Below are positions 13,000-23,566 of a stretch of 64,000 bases of DNA, one piece after another (position 1 is the first letter of the stretch; each line of letters begins with the position of its first letter). The notes below the pieces were generated by a model that was given only the letters and a program-made list of their open reading frames with translations, was not told where the DNA came from and searched no databases. The position numbers and the translations under genes are program-made. The stretch is taken from positions 12,958,001 through 13,022,000 of the forward strand of contig JBHGNT010000007.1 of NCBI GenBank assembly GCA_043228905.1, in the 5' to 3' direction. Source of the stretch: Azolla caroliniana (taxonomy: Eukaryota; Plantae; Polypodiophyta).

Positions 13000-13730
13000 T
13001 TCCATCGGTGTCAGAGTATTTACCAGAGATGCATTGTATGACTCCCTTGCAAATGGTTTTGTTGTCGAGACGTATGTGGGCTCCGATCTGGTCCATGGCA
13101 TTTGTAACTGGCGTTCCCAATGTCATTCGAAAAGTTGGTTATCACATCGTACTGCTCGACTGATTGCCTCCATGAGCGATTTTGGTTCTTCATGGAAAGT
13201 CAATATTAAGTCCTTGACATCATTTTGTAAGCCATATCGAAATTGCTCCACCAATGCTTGATCATCCTAAGGGATATCAGAGGCGAGTAGATGGAAATCT
13301 GCAGTGTATGCGGAGGCTGGACGATCACCTTGACATAATTGTCGAATTTTGTTGATTGCCATCCTTATGCTATCAGTATCTCCAAAACAGGCTTTAAACT
13401 CGCTTATAAACTCTTCAAAATTATTTATTAATGGAGATTCCTTTTTTAACAATTGAGTGAACCATGCCAAAGCTGAGCCTTTAAGCAACGTGCCTACTAG
13501 ACCCACTCGTGATGCATCGGTGGGATATTGGGAATGATGCATTTAAATGACTAATCATACTTGATTAAGGAATCCTCTGAATTCTGATCGCGTTCCATGG
13601 AATTTAATAAGAAGGCCCATCTTGGGTTCTTTATGAATCCCTTGTGTACTTGTTCCTTGTTGTTGCAACGCTACAATGGTTGCTTCAAGTTGTTGCACGT
13701 GTAACGCTAGCTCCCAATGTTGTTGTTGCG
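13000..13730 (-). pseudogene. Degenerate Ty3/Gypsy gag
   Basis: VGTLLKGSALAWF...F.EFISEFKACFGD...IRQLCQGDRPASAYTADF, continuing as ALVEQFRYGLQNDVKD; contains in-frame stops. Confidence 0.85.
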
Positions 13731-14032
13731 TTTGCTACTTTTCTAAAGAGAATTGTTGAAGATCCCCCAACAACCATTGATTTTCTTGTTCCAATGCGAA
13801 AAAAAATTCTTTGAAGCATTGCAACTACGAGAAAACGGATTGGTATTCTTCAGCGCTAGCAGTTGCCATAGTATTGGAGAAAAGAGGGATAAGAGGATTA
13901 GTATGAAGGAAGGGAGGGGTAAGGAGATAGAGAGGGAATTAGTACTAGAAATGAGGATTAGTACTAAGAGGAGAAGAGGGTGTAGAATTCTCGAGAGATG
14001 GAGAAAGAGAGAGAGAGAGAGAATGATGATAA

Positions 14033-14720
14033 TGTTGAGAAATCGTTGCGGAATATGATCACAATAAACGAGCTACACGCTGAAATATGAATCACGGAAA
14101 TGCCAGGAAAAACAAGACAGACAACAATGCACAGAGATTTACGTGGAAACCCTAAAATGGGGAAAACCACAAGTGAATAGAATCTTCACTATACAAAGTG
14201 GATATACAACACCGAGAGGAATACAACACTCTGTCAAGTGTATTAGCTGCACAAGGCTCTTCGCGTCTACTGTTACTCACACAGCTATGGCGTGGCTTAC
14301 ACTCACACTCTCACTCTCGCTCTCCTACACACTACAACTTCTGTTTCTACTCTGTTCGTCACTAAAAGTTTGCCCTAGTTGCATATATACATACGCAACT
14401 TTCTAGTTATTTACATACGTAGCTATCATGGGGCGCACACTTAGACTATTTACAATTATAGTCTCCCGAGTTGGATATATAGTCTCCCGAGTCACTCATC
14501 AACTCAGCTCCTCTCTCTTTCCCATCTGGAGGGACTTGTTTCCACACATCATCATTATTATTACTACTATAATAATAATAGTCGAATCTTCAAACATTCG
14601 ACTCACTATTTTCGACTCTTCGACTGTTGGCTTTCCGAACAATCGGATCTTCCCTTTCATCAATTGTCGGCTTTCCAATTAGTCGGTTCTTCCTCCCACT
14701 AGAAGGACATATTCCCAACA
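14033..14720 (-). mobile_element. Solo LTR with perfect 5-bp TSD
   Basis: TGTTG...CAACA termini; GATAA at 14028-14032 and 14721-14725. Same family as 22541-23222 in opposite orientation. Confidence 0.92.
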
Positions 14721-14949
14721 GATAACAAATGATATATTATATTATAGGAAGAGAATATACTAGAATAGCTAAAAGTCTTGAGACTGGCGTTGAACCAAAT
14801 TGGTTCTCAAAAATGCCATGTGCCTCTTTTTATAGTGTGATTCAGAGTATTCTAGACATTTCTAGAATGTTCTAGAGGAATCTAGAATATACATGGATTT
14901 CCTAGGTGAAATAATAAATGAAAACAATATTCTTTGTATTACAATGTAT

Positions 14950-15012
14950 AACTTAATGGTAAGGCTTCAACCCATGTGACACAAGGTCATGGGTTTAAAT
15001 CCTTTTGAAACC
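14950..15012 (+). other. Degenerate tRNA-derived (SINE-head-like) sequence
   Basis: A-box-like TAATGGTAAGGC and B-box-like GGTTTAAATCC. A similar head lies on the minus strand at ~20202-20263. Confidence 0.4.
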
Positions 15013-15020
15013 ATACCATG

Positions 15021-15650
15021 TTATATTGTGATGGTATTGTTATTTCCGTCGACATAACTCCAGTAACCGTGCCCGAGCAAGTACCAGTGCATCTTGTAAG
15101 ACCAAGATACGTAGTTGGATATGTCGAGTTTCTCCGTCGAGAGCGAGCTGGTCATTCCTTTGTCCATTCTAACCTTGTTTCCTGTTCTCTACCGGGTGTT
15201 AGGGTTTGTCTTCGGAAATCGCTCGTCGGTTTCAAAGGTGCTCAACCCTCGCGCTCTAATACCATGTAAAAAGAATACAATTGCAGAAGCTAAGGCAAAA
15301 CTGGCTCATCCGGATAGCTAAAGAATATACACACAGGTTTAATGGAAACCTTACATAGGAGAGACTGAGAGAGCAGAATAGTAGAAACTTAATTCAAAAT
15401 AATAAGACTTTGCTACATACAATGTGCTCAATGAGCATTTTTATACAAGTCCTTAAATGACTGACAGAAATACTGACATGTACTTCAATGCTCATACGAG
15501 CGGTTGACACTGACTCCCAAAAATATGCCTATGTACTAGGCTCGATTCATAAGCCTCTAACGGCCTACCGGTTCCAATCCGATCCGTCTCTCCAATCCAT
15601 CTTTGGCTTATTTAGTCAATCCGGATCTGGTTGAGCTTGTCCGCTCAACA
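15021..15650 (-). mobile_element. 5' end of a Copia element: LTR 15265-15650, Met-type PBS, gag start
   Basis: PBS TGGTATTAGAGC at 15253-15264 (minus). ORF 15167-15021: MDKGMTSSLSTEKLDISNYVSWSYKMHWYLLGHGYWSYVDG. Confidence 0.8.
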
Positions 15651-16666
15651 CAACACGAGTACCTCGTCAACTAGAGGTACCTCCAAGGAGGTTGTTTGAT
15701 TTATAAGCCCTTGGAAGGCATTCATGTGCTCCGCCATGCTGGAATCGTCTTGATATCTGAGTCTCACCAACTTTCGAAATACTGAGACTCGATTCACGAC
15801 ATTCTTGCTCTCCAGCATGGTGCCGATTTCTCCCAAAGCACATGAGCCTTGTTTTCTTCATTGAAGTTGTTGTACATGCTTATGTCGATGAAGCATCTTA
15901 TGTATGCCATCATCTTCATACGCATCATCTCCTAGATCGTGGCATCGATCTTGTCCAGTCTTTTTTCTCCAAACTGTACCGGTAGCCAGAGATCTTTCAC
16001 CACCAACATATCCCTCATCTTCGACTTCCATATTGGGTAGTTGGAGCTAGTGATCTTGAACATGCCACTGAATGAATATTCCATTTTCGTTTCCTTTGTT
16101 TTTTTCTTTGATACGAGATTGATAGAAATAGTGCTCGACCACAATTGAGTATCACAATGTGAATGGAAGATTAAACAGAAAAACTACAATGTACTTACAC
16201 AGAAAACGGAGACGACACCGGATGTTTGCATGGAAAACTACAAGAGGCAAAAGCACAGGAGTTTAGTAACTCTGAACAGACTCACTATAGAGAGGAAGGG
16301 TACAATGGGATACTTAGCGGCAACGACCTCTAGCTCTGTCTTCCCCAACCGACGGTTACAACAGAAAACACCTTCTGTTTGTCTCTCCCTTCCTCTCCCT
16401 CTCTCTCTCTGTACAATAGTATATCTACAACTACAGTTAGTTTGACCTATTTATATTTATACTTATATAACTTGCAGGTTATTTACAAATGTGGTCTCAA
16501 CGGACCATAAGAAACATACTTACAAATCTATCTCTCGTCTGGTTCCATCTGGTCCGGCTTCCAGATATCCTTCCAGATCCTTCCGAATCCATCCAATCCA
16601 GCTTCCTCCTCTGGATCCTCTGATCTGGCTCGACCGGTCCCCATTCGGAGGGACCAATATCTCAAC
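15651..16666 (-). mobile_element. 5' end of a second Copia element: LTR ~16120-16666 plus degenerate gag
   Basis: MEYSFSGMFKITSSNYPIWKSKMRDMLVVKDLW...VFRKLVRLRYQDDSSMAEHMNAFQGL. Degenerate Met PBS near 16105-16116; LTR begins TGTTGAG (minus). Confidence 0.8.
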
Positions 16667-16997
16667 AACAATTGTAAGTGGAAAGAGTAGCCCCGTTACG
16701 GGGGATTTTGTTTCCATAAAAGGCCGACTCCTTCCACTTTGTATCCTTACTAGTGTCAACACGTCCAATAGCTAGGTCTTGAGTATATAAGCCCTAACCT
16801 AATGTTGTAATAATAATCCTTCTTGAGTCTTGAGTTTTGTAGAGAGAGAGTTGAAGGAATAAATCTTCCATTAAAGTGTAAGTGTGCGACCATCTTCTGT
16901 TCATCTTCTTGCCCTCATTCTTTCTGTGTCGTTTGCTAAGCATAGCTCGACAGGTCCTGATAGATATTTCTGCACATATTCGAACACCATAACCTTC

Positions 16998-18039
16998 AAG
17001 AAATCTGTGGCCTTGTCGACCACAAAGCCAGAGTATATGGTAGGAGTAGAGGTCGGCAAAGAGCTTATTTGGATGAGAAATTTTCTCAATGATTTGGGAA
17101 TGAAGCAAAGGGATTTCTTGCTTCATTGTGATAGCCAGAGCGCCATACATCTAGCCAAGAATGTTGTGTATCAACCACGGACCAAGCACATATAGAGGGA
17201 GTATCACTGGTTGCGGGAGAGAGTGGAAGATAGAGAGTTTACCCTTGTGAAGATCCATACTGATGACAATGGATTCGACATGCTGACAAAGAATGTATCG
17301 ATGGACAGACTCAGAGTTTGTCGATAAAGGACAAGATTAACCGACTCCACCCATAGGAGTGAAGGGGGAGTTTGTTAGGAATATGTCTATCATATGGGAG
17401 GAGTCGACTGGTCGGGCCGATGGCCAATAGTCGAAGACAAGGAGGAGTCGACTGATCGTATTGGGAGCCAACAATCAATGTCTTGAAGCGTCGAGTGAGA
17501 GAGAGCTGACATGAAGAGTCGACCGCAAAGTACAAGTGTAATACAAGTGTAATACAACTGTAAGACGGGCCGACCGGATGGTCTACGACAAGGCCGACTA
17601 GTCGGTATGAGAGTCGGCTAGTCGAATCGACTTGTCAACCGGTCGATTGAGTTGTAAAATAATAGGAATAATAATAGCAGAGGCTACATTTGTAAATAGT
17701 CCATACAATGTATAAGTATAAATGCACTTTAGGGCAAACGTAGAATGGGTAGAATAGAAAATAATAGAATAGTTACAAATAGAGTGAGAGAGTGCCTGAG
17801 AGTGAGAGCGGCGGCAGAGTTGAACAAATTTGCCAAGAACACTAAGTGGTTATCCTCTAAGCATCAGAGAAGTGTTGTAACTGTTTTAGATTGTACTCTC
17901 TATGTATAGTGAAAGAACTGTTCTCCTGTGGTTTTTGCCCATTTACAGTATCCATGTAAAACCGTGTGTATTTCGTGTACTGTGTTGTTTTCTATTTTTT
18001 GCATTACTATGTATACTCGAGTCAGTTTTTTTTCTCACG
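16998..18039 (+). mobile_element. Copia RNase H, PPT and 3' LTR (17373-~18039)
   Basis: KSVALSTT.PEY...LHCDSQSAIHLAKN...RTKHI; PPT GAAGGGGGAG at 17361-17370, then TGTTAGG. Confidence 0.88.
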
Positions 18040-18044
18040 AATCT

Positions 18045-18300
18045 TAGGGATCGAATCCCATCATTGTCGGTTGCCACGTTCACTTCGTTTTGGCACAATT
18101 GAGCATACATCAAATTCAGTGTGTTGGTTTTCCGGGCTCGGGCCACAATCAGGCTCCCTTTGTAGAGCTTCATGATGTCGTTTCAGATGCTACCCATGTA
18201 CCCTTTATTATCAAACCGAACGGCTCATATCAAGTTCAGTCGAACTTCCGAAACGTGATGTACGTCTCTCAACACAAGTCTACACCCGATTGAGGTTGTC
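18045..18300 (-). mobile_element. Copia protease/pre-integrase fragment
   Basis: RLVLRDVHHVSEVRLNLI...MKLYKGSLIVARARKTNTL. Confidence 0.7.
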
Positions 18301-18309
18301 AATCATTCC

Positions 18310-20190
18310 TATAGTTCAAGCATCGTTTTGCTCGACTCTCGGAGCGGGAACAAAGATTGGTGGAGGAGGATAAAGTCCTAATGTTCATAAGATTGATCGA
18401 TCAAAAAGAAAGGATGGACATCAGGATCCAACTCTAAGATGGTGATGGTGCGAATGGCCTTACCGATGATTGGGCTGAAGTCGAAAGAGTATGCCGAAGA
18501 CATGATAAGAGGAAGATGAGAATATCGCCGGCAACAACATGGCCTATAAGGGATGATGGATTAAGGATGAACGATGTGACTAATTCAAAGGCCGAAGTAC
18601 GATTCAACGATACTATGGGAGGGGGTGTGGAACAAGGCATCCTCTTGTCTTGCAAAAGAACGAAGGCCAAGGATAAGGTCGATGACTTGAGAGTGGCGAA
18701 CACCACTTCAAGAACGGAAGAAGGTTTCAGAATACAAGTATCCGAAACATTGGGTGAAAAAGGGGTAAGCGTAATCAATGCTTGCATGATCGAGGGAGAT
18801 AAAGAGTGTGAGGCGGACTTGATTGAGGAGGTCGCCACGAAAGATGACATCGAATCAGAGGTGGCTATGGATGAATCAATGGCGGATGGCCGTATGAAGA
18901 CTTTCCCACCACTATTTCTAGATATTTCGGCGGTTGCGTTCAAAAACCAACATGAGACCAAAGAGACGGAAGATGGCGGAGAGAAAATGAAGGCCGAGGC
19001 CAATGCATATGACGAAGAGATAGCCAAGAAGGTGGCTATGGGTGAAATGATGGAGGACGGTAATACCGAGGATTCTTGCTCACTAATTCTAGAGACTTCG
19101 GCGGTTGTGTCCGAGTACCAACGTGAGACTAGAGAGACGGGAGGTGGCGGCAAGAAAGGTAAAGTCGGAAGCCGGTTCAGATGGAAAATGATCAGGACGA
19201 AATTCCGATCTAAACAAAAACCGACCAAGAAGGGGACCAAATCGGTAAAAATAGATCAACCGAGTCCGGTTCGGGTGAATACGAATCCGATCGGAAGCCG
19301 ATCCAATCAAAAGCCGATCGGACGAGACCGAATCGGAAAGAAGCTAATACGACTCAACTGGAGGTCGAAATAATCGAGGCCGATGAAGATAAGGAAGAGG
19401 TCAAGGAAAGGCACTACCACGACCGACAAGGACCAAGAGGGCCAAGTGTATTTGAAGATTGTTACCAAGGATGAGATCTTAACAAAGACGGTGAGCTCTA
19501 ACATGAAGATTATCAACTCTAATGCGAGATTATATGACAAAGGTGAACAAAGTGGGAAGCCTGGCACATGCGCAAGACAAGAAGGGTTATGCTCAAGAGA
19601 ATCACAAGGAGCCATGACAACCGGCCATGGCAATGCAAAGAGAAAACAAAGAATATGGTGGATCGGATGGCGACAATGGTTTGAGTGGAAAGAATGGATA
19701 TGCTCAAAATGGAGAGACAAAGTCGATATAGCGAGCGAAATGAAGGGATTGCGAGTAAAGGAGAAATACGAGAGCCGGCAACCGGTAACCGAGCAGAGCA
19801 AGCAACTGAAAACAAGAAACTGGATGGAGCCAACAAACGAACAGAACCGGACACCGGGCGGAGCCGGCAACCAAGCACGACTGGCGACGAAACCAACCGG
19901 GCGGAGACCGGACGGGGAAGATTAACAATCACCGACAACTTCGGCACATACCGAAGGATGTGCGGGTTCGGAGGGGGCGAGTGTCGTAGTGTAATTCGCA
20001 CACTACGTGAAAAACGCATTGTTTGTCTCTCTGGATGGGACATAAGGAGGACCCGGTAAGAACCGGATAAAGAAAACCGGTGAGAACTGGATGAAGCAGG
20101 CTCGGTGAAAACCGGATGAAGAAGGCCACTGAGATTCTCTCACCGGATGAAGAGATATATTTGTAAATAGAAGAAAGTATAAATATATAT
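18310..20190 (+). mobile_element. Gypsy gag fragment followed by a charged low-complexity ORF (non-autonomous derivative)
   Basis: DKVLMFIRLIDQKER...DGDGANGLTDDWAEVERVC resembles the gag at 24620 and 59363. Downstream ORF 18516-19373 is homologous to 59841-60640. Confidence 0.65.
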
Positions 20191-20273
20191 AATACATGCA
20201 TAGGGCAAGATTCAAACCTTGCACCTCCATGTTTATAATGTAAAGCCTTACCATTACACTAACATATCAGTAG

Positions 20274-21989
20274 TGTTAAAAAGGTATCCCACATAGAAAG
20301 GTAAGTTCACGCTAGGATAAACTTTAGTTAGAAGAAAACGCATGATAAAAGCTACGCATGCACATGTAGCGTGCATGAACACCATAATCAATAAAAACGC
20401 ATTAAATTAGAAAAAGTAGGATCACTTTAGAAAAAGCATAGAGTCTATAGATAGAAAAGCATGGATTGTTAAAGACTCTCTCATCACTATATAAGGATGA
20501 GGAGCACAATGTAATAGGAGTGTGGAATATTTGGAAATTGGATATACTTCCTAAAACACCAATTAATATAATATATTCGTGGGATTCACGAATTTGGGAT
20601 CAAAATTGTCTCTTACTATCTGTTACAACCGTTACAATTACATAAAAGAAAATAGTAGAATATTTAAATAAATCTTGGAAGCACAAACGTTTCATCTCAT
20701 GAACGTTTGGGCTCCCAATAAGTTTCTATTTAAAGAAGTAGTTGTGATTTTGAAAAGGGGGGGGGGGGGGGTTCCCAATGGGGAAGGACCAAGTCATTAG
20801 TTAGTAATTTGCACTTACCTTTTTTATTTCTATTGAATACAAAGAGTGTTCTCTCTCATTTTGTGCCATTGGTTTAATACTTGGTATCAGAGCAAGATAA
20901 GGATTGGCAAGCCATTCCAGCAAGAAGAGATTGAAGAAGTGGCACACGACACCACGAGAGGAGTCAAGGTAACCACAAAGATAGTAGACTATTTTTATTT
21001 TTTTTTCTCTCTCTTTTATCTAACCAATGGCGGGAAGAAGGCGAAGAAGAGGGATCAACTTGGGAGAGCTAGGGAATGAAGGAGACACTCCATTAGGGGA
21101 GATAGCCCTAGATCGAGGAGACCAAGAGGCCACCGAATTAGAGAATGGAAGGTTCAATATGGAAGATCAAATATGGGAGAGAGAAGAAGAGGAATCGGGG
21201 CCGCAAGGGAGAAGGCCCACGGAAGGAGGACCAGGGCGTTTGGAGGAGATGGTGCAGAGGCTGGAAGTCGGGAATGCCGAGAACCGCCGCCACAACTTGG
21301 GATCATTTAAACCTATCAAACCAAAAATGTACATGGGGGAGAGGAACTCGGTGGTACTTACAAGATGGATAAGAGAAACCGAACTATTCCTCGTCCAAAG
21401 TCAAGTAGAACCCGACTTGTGGGTGATGGTCTCCGCGTGTTTTTTGGATGGACCAGCACAAAATTGGTACATGTCGGGGGAAAGCGTGTTTGAGTTCACG
21501 CCTTGGACAGAGTTTAAGCGGGAATTGCGTCATTATTTCATACCACAAAATGAACATCTCCGCATCATGGATGAATGGAGGATGTTGAGACAAGGGGAAG
21601 GGCAACTCACCATGTACATTGAGAGGTATCGCCAAGTGACATTGCAGCTGCCGCATCTTCATCAAATAACCAAACTCCACGGGTTCCTAGTTGGATTGAA
21701 GCCTCGGATCAGGATAGAGGTAGAAAAGATGAACCCTCAAACTTGTGAGGAAGCCATGAGGGTGGCAGAGAGGATAGGAGACATAGAAGGGAGCTCCCGA
21801 CCTTTCCACAACAATCTAGGAAGTACATCCAACAATCGTGGGTGGACGACTACCACTAGTTCGATAGGAATAGGAACAACACGAGGGGATCCAATTAGAT
21901 CGAGCTGGACAAATAGCGGGGGAGGAGGAGGACAGCCGGGGAGTCCCATTTCTACTTCAACACAACGAACCTCACTAAATATTGATTAA
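20274..21989 (+). mobile_element. Truncated Gypsy: 5' LTR 20274-20879, Met PBS, gag
   Basis: TGTTAAA start; TGGTATCAGAGC at 20882-20893; gag ORF follows. Confidence 0.85.
21027..21989 (+). CDS. gag: Ty3/Gypsy Gag (3'-truncated)
   Basis: ACFLDGPAQNWY...WTEFKRELRHYF...LRQGEGQLTMYIERY...FLVGLKPRIR. Confidence 0.85.
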   Translation: MAGRRRRRGINLGELGNEGDTPLGEIALDRGDQEATELENGRFNMEDQIWEREEEESGPQGRRPTEGGPGRLEEMVQRLEVGNAENRRHNLGSFKPIKPKMYMGERNSVVLTRWIRETELFLVQSQVEPDLWVMVSACFLDGPAQNWYMSGESVFEFTPWTEFKRELRHYFIPQNEHLRIMDEWRMLRQGEGQLTMYIERYRQVTLQLPHLHQITKLHGFLVGLKPRIRIEVEKMNPQTCEEAMRVAERIGDIEGSSRPFHNNLGSTSNNRGWTTTTSSIGIGTTRGDPIRSSWTNSGGGGGQPGSPISTSTQRTSLNID

Positions 21990-22139
21990 ATATACCAAAC
22001 TCGTGGAATTCACGAGATTCATAACTTACCTATCTTTCTACCTATTCATAACTAGAGTTATATTGTATTCTTCTTTCTCCTAGTCCAAAACCTCGGTGGT
22101 TCCCACCCGACTCACACAACGATCCGAAGCCGAAAGGTA

Positions 22140-22338
22140 CGACATCTTCATGTGGTTTGATGCTCCGGAATCAACATACCACACTTCCTCTGATCCGGAA
22201 GTGGTCTTCCTCTCATCACGAAGGCTGGCCCTTTTCTGGTCTTCCCGGTTCCGGATCCTTCTCTTCCTTCTTCATAGTGTGAGCTTTGTCGTTTTGCCGA
22301 TCTGGTCTTGCCGGATACGGATTTATCCAAATCGACGT
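22140..22338 (-). mobile_element. Copia protease fragment (left half of a split element)
   Basis: Minus strand encodes EEVWYVDSGASNHM. Joins in frame to the zinc knuckle at 39680+ (KKH|VDLDKSVSGK). Confidence 0.8.
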
Positions 22339-22540
22339 TCTGAAGAATGTGCTTGACGATATAAAAATGAACTTAAATATTATATTTAGTAATATTTGAG
22401 AAATTATGTATGAAATACAATGTACATGCCAGTAAGCTAGGCTATTTAGTTTTAGAAATATTGTAAAGAATGTGCTTCATGACATAAGAATGAAGCTAAA
22501 TATTGTATTGAGTAAAATCGAGAGACTTGAATCCTCAAAC

Positions 22541-23566
22541 TGTTGGAAATATGTCCCTCTAGTGGGAGGAAGAACTGATTGATCGGAAAGCCGACAATCG
22601 ATGACAAGGAAGATCCGACTGTTCGGAAAGCCGACAGTTTAAGAGTCGAAAATAGTGAGTCAATTGTTTGAAGATTCGACTATTATTATTATAGTAATAA
22701 TAATAATGATGATGTGTGGAAACAAGTCCCTCCAGGTGGGAAAGAGAGAGGAGCCGAGTTGATGAGTGACTCAAGAGACTATATATCCAACTTGGGAGAC
22801 TATAATTGTAAATAGTTTAAGTGTGCGCCCCATGAGGGCTACGTATGTAAATAACCAGAAAGTTGCGTAAGTATATATGCAACTAGGGCAAACTTTTAGT
22901 GACGAACAGAGTAGAAACAGAAGTTGTAGTGTGCAGGAGAGCGAGAGTGTGTGTGTGAGCCGCGCCATAGCTATGTGAGTAACAATAGACGCGAAGAGCC
23001 CTGTGCGGCTGATACACTCGACAGAGTGTTGTATTCCTCTCAGTGTTGTATATCCACTTTGTATAGTGAAGATTCTGTTCACCTGTGGGTTTCCCCATTT
23101 TAGGGTTTCCACGTAAATCTCTGTGCACTGTTGTCGATCTTGTTTTTCATGGCATTTCTGTGATTCATATTTCAGTGTGTAGTTCGTTTATTGTGATCAT
23201 ATTCCGCAACAATTTCTCAACATGTATATAGCCAACTCGGGAGACTATAATTGTAAATAGTCTGTATGTAAATAGAGAGAGAGAGAGAGTAGTGTGAGCC
23301 GCACCATAGCTATATGAGTAACAACAGATGCGAAGAGCCTTGTGCGGCTGATGCACTCGACAGAGTGTTGTATTCCTTTCGGTGTTGTATATCCACTTTG
23401 TATAGTGAAGAAATCTGTTCACCTGTGGTTTTTCCCCGTTTTAGGGTTTCCACGTAAATCTATGTGCACCATTGTTCATCTTGTCTTTTCTTTATGGCAT
23501 TTTTGTAATTCGTATTTTAGCATTGTCTGTTCATTGTGATTTATATTCCGCATCGATTTCTCAACA
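22541..23566 (+). mobile_element. Complete LTR (22541-23222) plus partial second LTR inserted in the host 5' LTR
   Basis: TGTTGG...TCAACA; TSD CAAAC/CAACC; the empty site CTCAACCTTGTA is present in the host 3' LTR at ~39060. Confidence 0.88.

Noticed and set aside
14950-15012. Functional tRNA gene
   Set aside because: No cloverleaf or acceptor stem; only degenerate A/B boxes.
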